This document shows, piece after piece, positions 59,948 through 64,000 of a DNA stretch of 64,000 nucleotides. Position 1 is the stretch's first letter; every line of letters begins with the position of its first letter. The notes beneath the pieces are model-generated. The model did not search any database. It saw only the letters and a list, made by a program, of their open reading frames with translations, and had not been told where the DNA came from. Made by a program: the position numbers and the translations under genes. Source of the DNA: Deltaproteobacteria bacterium (GTDB lineage: Bacteria; Desulfobacterota; Desulfobulbia; Desulfobulbales; SURF-16); NCBI GenBank assembly GCA_024277655.1, contig JAJRUT010000056.1:3683-67682 (forward strand), in the 5' to 3' direction.

Positions 59948-60717
59948 TTCGTCGCAAACAAGAGATACGCAAACGCTTTGACCGGGCGGCCGCAACCTAC
60001 GATGGTTACGCTGATGTGCAGCAGGAGACAGCTGCGGAATTATGTTCTTTGTTGGTGGGCCATAGTCCCAAAACGGTTCTTGAACTGGGGTGCGGTACCG
60101 GTGGCTTTACGCAAATGTTGGTGGATCTCTTGCCTGGGGCATCCTTTACTGGTCTTGATTTCTCTGGGGCCATGGTCGCTAAGGCCAAGGCGAAAAACAG
60201 AGGCGCAAAGACCAAGTTTTACTGCGTTGATTGTGAGGAGTATCTTGCGGAGACGCGGAAACAGTTTAATTGCATCTGTGCAAACGCCACTTTCCAGTGG
60301 TTTCAGGAACCGGCCCTCGTTCTTCAGCATATTCAGCGCTCTCTTGCGCCCCAGGGGATGTTTGTGGCCTCGGTATTTGGCCCCGATAGTTTGGCTGAGC
60401 TTGGCGCCGGATTGCAGGCTGTAATGGGGCAAGAATACACCTTGGCTTCACCGCAATTTCTGGGCAAAAAACAGCTCCACACTCTATGTCACAGGTTCTG
60501 CGAGGTGGAGATTTATGAACGGGTCTACGAACGGAGCTATGCCACTATTTACGATTTACTCAAGGTTATAAAGTATACCGGCACCGGGGGCTATCATCCC
60601 CTTGTACCCCGTTTTAATAAAACGAATTTACAAAATCTTAGCGACTGGTTTATGGCCCGTGGTGGTTTTACGGTGCAGTATCAGGTCTTTTTTCTAAAGG
60701 CCCGGAAGGGGGAATAG
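59944..60717 (+). CDS. bioC: Malonyl-ACP O-methyltransferase
   Basis: FDRAAATYD...VQ, LELGCGTG, FQW. Lies between the BioH-like gene and bioD. Confidence 0.85.
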   Translation: MIRRKQEIRKRFDRAAATYDGYADVQQETAAELCSLLVGHSPKTVLELGCGTGGFTQMLVDLLPGASFTGLDFSGAMVAKAKAKNRGAKTKFYCVDCEEYLAETRKQFNCICANATFQWFQEPALVLQHIQRSLAPQGMFVASVFGPDSLAELGAGLQAVMGQEYTLASPQFLGKKQLHTLCHRFCEVEIYERVYERSYATIYDLLKVIKYTGTGGYHPLVPRFNKTNLQNLSDWFMARGGFTVQYQVFFLKARKGE

Positions 60718-61389
60718 ATGGCGGAGAAAATCTTTATAACCGGCACGGATACGGATATTGGCAAGACCGTGGTGAGTGCTCTTCTTGCGGGTTATCTTCG
60801 TGAGCAGGGAATTAATTGCGGGTATCTAAAGCTTGTGAGTTGTGGTGGCGATGGGTGTGGCGATTGTACCTATGTCCGGAATCTGGCTGGAGTTCCGGTG
60901 CATAATGTCTATCATTTTCCCCTGCCGGCCTCCCCCCACCTTGCTGCAGAGCAGGCCGGGGAGACCATTGATGTGCGTAAGTTTGACCGGGCTATGGAGC
61001 AGATGGGAAATAAGCACGATCTGCTCCTTATAGAGGGTGCGGGGGGGCTCCTTGTGCCCCTGACCAGGTCTCTGCTGTTGGGGGATTATATGGCGGGCCA
61101 AGATGTCCAGACCTTGGTGGTCACGAGGTCTGGTCTGGGAACCATCAATCAGACCCTTTTAACCCTTGCAGCCCTTGAACAGCGTGGTTTTTCTCCTCTG
61201 GGGTTGGTCTTCAACGATGAACATCTGTATGCTGAGGATGATTTGCTGGTGGTTGATAATCAGCATCTTCTCGGGGATCTGTCTCTGGTGCCTGTTCTGG
61301 GCAGAGTGCATCGTTTTGATTCGTGGGATAGGGGACGTCAGGCATTTCAAACGATTGGTCAGGAATTTTTGATGCGTCTTCGTGGATGA
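60718..61389 (+). CDS. bioD: Dethiobiotin synthase
   Basis: ITGTDTDIGKT, SPHLAA, EGAGG, LGTIN. Confidence 0.94.
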   Translation: MAEKIFITGTDTDIGKTVVSALLAGYLREQGINCGYLKLVSCGGDGCGDCTYVRNLAGVPVHNVYHFPLPASPHLAAEQAGETIDVRKFDRAMEQMGNKHDLLLIEGAGGLLVPLTRSLLLGDYMAGQDVQTLVVTRSGLGTINQTLLTLAALEQRGFSPLGLVFNDEHLYAEDDLLVVDNQHLLGDLSLVPVLGRVHRFDSWDRGRQAFQTIGQEFLMRLRG

Positions 61390-61544
61390 CAGTTATCTAG
61401 GCCTCTCTTTGGGTGGCAAAAATCATGGTTTGTTGCATCTTTCCGCGAGGTTTTATACGACTTTTGGCGTCGCCATGCTTATGGTGTAGGTACGGAGTTG
61501 TTTGGCTGTTCACAGGTTAGATTCTTACTCAAGGAGGTTATGCC

Positions 61545-61979
61545 ATGTATGCTATTAAAAAGATTTTGGTTCCCATTGATTCCTTTGAAAATTCCAGTGG
61601 CCTGGTTGATTACGCGAGGTTTTATGCCGATAAGTTTGGCGCAAGCCTTACTTTTATCCATGTTCTGGAAAACCCTATGGCCTATGATGGCTTTTCGGTG
61701 ATGGAATTTGAGGTGGAGCTTTTGAAGCATGTTGAACGGAATATGCGTAGTTTTGTCAGTACGCTTAATGATGGCGGCTTGGCCTGTGATGGGGTTGTTG
61801 TAAGCGGTTTTGCCCCTGCGGAAATAGTTGATTTTGCCGAGACCAAGGGTATTGACTTGATCGTGATTGGCTCTCATCGCTACAATGTTTTTGAAAAATT
61901 TATCCTTGGTAGCGTGGCGGAGAAGGTGGCGCATAGGGCCCATTGTCCTGTGGTCATTTATAACGGTCAAGATGATTGA
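61545..61979 (+). CDS. Universal stress protein
   Basis: KKILVPID, DLIVIGSH, LGSVAEKV...CPV. Confidence 0.9.
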   Translation: MYAIKKILVPIDSFENSSGLVDYARFYADKFGASLTFIHVLENPMAYDGFSVMEFEVELLKHVERNMRSFVSTLNDGGLACDGVVVSGFAPAEIVDFAETKGIDLIVIGSHRYNVFEKFILGSVAEKVAHRAHCPVVIYNGQDD

Positions 61980-61994
61980 TGGCTTTTGGCGCGC

Positions 61995-62207
61995 TTATTC
62001 TCTCGTTTCAGGAACACCCAGGGCTTTAAGGAAGAGGGCCATGGGACAGAACTTTGTAAAGCCAAACTGTAAGAGGTTGGCGCCGACAAAGGCTGTGCCA
62101 AAGAGGAAGTACTCGTGCACGAAAATGGGGCTTGCTGTGACGCCAAGTCCCAAGGTGATGAGGATAAAAAATCCGGCAATGGAGTGAACCCAGTCTGTAA
62201 TAGTCAT
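61995..62207 (-). CDS. DUF2892/YgaP-like small membrane protein
   Basis: FVGANLLQFGFTKFCPM motif. Confidence 0.8.
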   Translation of the reverse strand: MTITDWVHSIAGFFILITLGLGVTASPIFVHEYFLFGTAFVGANLLQFGFTKFCPMALFLKALGVPETRE

Positions 62208-62401
62208 GTTTTTGTTCTCTTTTTTGAGGGTTGATTGAAGCCGCCATCTCTTAATAGCTCAAACTGCAAGTTTTGCCATTTCACTTAATTCTGAAACCTT
62301 ATAAGCCTGAAGTCAATATGGTTGACTTTGGTTTAGTCCGTAATAACAACGTAATTCCTAAAGGCGGGCTATCCACTTAAATATGCCAAGTGGGAAAGTT
62401 G

Positions 62402-63670
62402 TTAATAATTATAACGTAAGCCCATATACGCGTTGCTGTTGTCTTCAAACTGACCGAAGAAGGTATGTAGCTTCTTGCCGATAAAGATATTGCCGCCTGC
62501 TTCAAGACGCCAGTTGTCCGTCATTTTATACTGGGCCTTGGGGCGCAGGTAGGCATCGTCATCGGAGGGAGAGTAGTAACCAAAGAAGGATAGGGTCAGG
62601 TTCTGGTTCATCAGGAGTTTGGTAAGTCTCAGGGTGAGGACGGAGCGGTATTCGTCCTTTTTGGTTGTACCAGGAGCGAGACTGTTTTCGTAATTGCTGT
62701 AATCCTGCATCCACTCCAGATAATACTGAACAGAGGCTGTGAGCTCCTTGCCGATTTCCCGTTCAAAGCCTGCCAGAAAGCGCACCTCATCATTGCGGGT
62801 TAGGGGGTCTTTACCGTTGTCAGATTGGCGGGAGTAATAATAACCTGTTTCCAGATGACCGATACCCCCCAGGAGCTGGTTGCGTAGCGATCCGCCATAC
62901 ACAGACAGACGCGGGTAACGAAGTCTGTAGTTTGTGGTCATACCCTCCGGGGTTTTCCAGAAACCGTGGTAGCCGTACAGTGCAAGTTCAATGCTGCCGA
63001 CATTTTTAAATATTCTTAAGGCATATTCACTGTCGCGCCCGGTGGAATTGCGTTTCTCTAGGCCAAACTGATCGTTTTGGCCGCCAAGTTGTCCGTTTAG
63101 CGGATTCCAGAAGCTGAGCCGTTCACCACTTATATATTCTGAGGGCTCAAAGGTCGGGGTGTAGATAAAATCTATATTTGCCGTGTTGTAGAACAGACTG
63201 GTTTTGACAGCGTTGGCTGGGGCCTTTAAATATTCATCATCGCGCCCGATGAAAAACGCTTGCCAGTCCTTGGGAAAGAGATCGTTGATAAAGAGCATAT
63301 CTCCTGTCCCCCAGGTGAGGATCTGCTGACCGAGTTTTATGTCCATATTATTCAGCGGAGAAAAGAGCAGGCTGAACTCCCGAAATTCCCCCCCCGTTTC
63401 AAAGGTGACCTCATCGTGAAATAGATCTCCCTTTAGTTTGACGACACCCCAGTCAAGATCTTTGGCGAGATCCACCTGGAGGCGCACCTCGGCCAGAGAC
63501 TCGTCTTTCTGGTGCGGGTCGTTCTGGGTTCGCATGCCGTAGCGGGTCTCGATAAAACCGGCAAGATCGATGCCGGTTGTGGCATAGAGATGATCCTTTA
63601 TATCATCCATGGAGGCCTGGGCTGGCTGGACGAAGATGAAAATGCAGAGGATAGTTTTGAGGATTTTCAC
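62402..63670 (-). CDS. Outer-membrane beta-barrel protein of unknown function
   Basis: Signal peptide, GQQILTWGTGD, FFGQF, terminal aromatic residue (LRYNY). Confidence 0.7.
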   Translation of the reverse strand: MKILKTILCIFIFVQPAQASMDDIKDHLYATTGIDLAGFIETRYGMRTQNDPHQKDESLAEVRLQVDLAKDLDWGVVKLKGDLFHDEVTFETGGEFREFSLLFSPLNNMDIKLGQQILTWGTGDMLFINDLFPKDWQAFFIGRDDEYLKAPANAVKTSLFYNTANIDFIYTPTFEPSEYISGERLSFWNPLNGQLGGQNDQFGLEKRNSTGRDSEYALRIFKNVGSIELALYGYHGFWKTPEGMTTNYRLRYPRLSVYGGSLRNQLLGGIGHLETGYYYSRQSDNGKDPLTRNDEVRFLAGFEREIGKELTASVQYYLEWMQDYSNYENSLAPGTTKKDEYRSVLTLRLTKLLMNQNLTLSFFGYYSPSDDDAYLRPKAQYKMTDNWRLEAGGNIFIGKKLHTFFGQFEDNSNAYMGLRYNY

Positions 63671-63682
63671 TTAAAAAACCTC

Positions 63683-64000
63683 CTATTTCCGTGCTTCTCT
63701 AGGGGGTCTACGCAAATAACGCTCGGTAAACAGCGATTTCTCAAGGCCTAGGTCATATTTAATTTTGCTAAAGGTGGCAATGGTGGAGCCACCACTGTTT
63801 AAATCGCTGATCTTTGACTTGGTTACGGTGACAAATCCCTGAATAGTCTTGGACTCGAGAACTTCCATAGTACGGTATTTTTTCCCTGTCTTGTCAAAAT
63901 ACTCAGCTTTTACCGGGAGGAAACTACCCTTGTCTATCCAGACGGAGTATGAGGAGAACTCAACTTCATCCGGTCTTTTTGGCGTATTTTTGATGATATA
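63683..64000 (-). CDS. Outer-membrane lipoprotein-sorting (LolA-like) protein, C-terminal part
   Basis: VWIDKGSFLPVKAEYFDKTGK...LFTERYLRRPPR. The frame runs off the window end. Confidence 0.7.
   Translation of the reverse strand, partial: YIIKNTPKRPDEVEFSSYSVWIDKGSFLPVKAEYFDKTGKKYRTMEVLESKTIQGFVTVTKSKISDLNSGGSTIATFSKIKYDLGLEKSLFTERYLRRPPREARK

Overview
A 64-kb stretch of a Gram-negative anaerobe chromosome. The gene content (AcsE- and RACo-like corrinoid genes, multiheme cytochromes c, class II DAHP synthase, porin type) suggests Desulfobacterota, which is an inference. Standard code 11 applies, since TGA terminates many genes. Main blocks: (1) 1394-14272, a possible metal/envelope-response island with a His-rich peptide, a CzcCBA-like RND pump, an ECF sigma factor and zinc anti-sigma, a TPR/beta-barrel outer-membrane protein, a HAMP class III adenylate cyclase, a lipoprotein and a secreted acidic 11-aa-repeat protein. 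A repeated GGAACC-N16-CGTT ECF-type promoter appears to link these genes. (2) A minus-strand type II secretion cluster (E-F-H-J-I-[K relic]-L-M-C-D-G). (3) An in-frame chimera of a truncated sigma54 activator and a pentaheme cytochrome tail. (4) Housekeeping genes: UbiD-like, rluB-like, IHF/HU, queC, nagZ, nadA with an in-frame TGA followed by a hairpin, glmS, hisD, rsmG, cobQ, cobD/cbiB, PilT/U, mltA, acs and bioH-C-D. There are also two MITE-like elements and many intrinsic terminators. I saw no rRNA, tRNA, CRISPR array or transposase. All calls are by eye from motifs, with no searches run.
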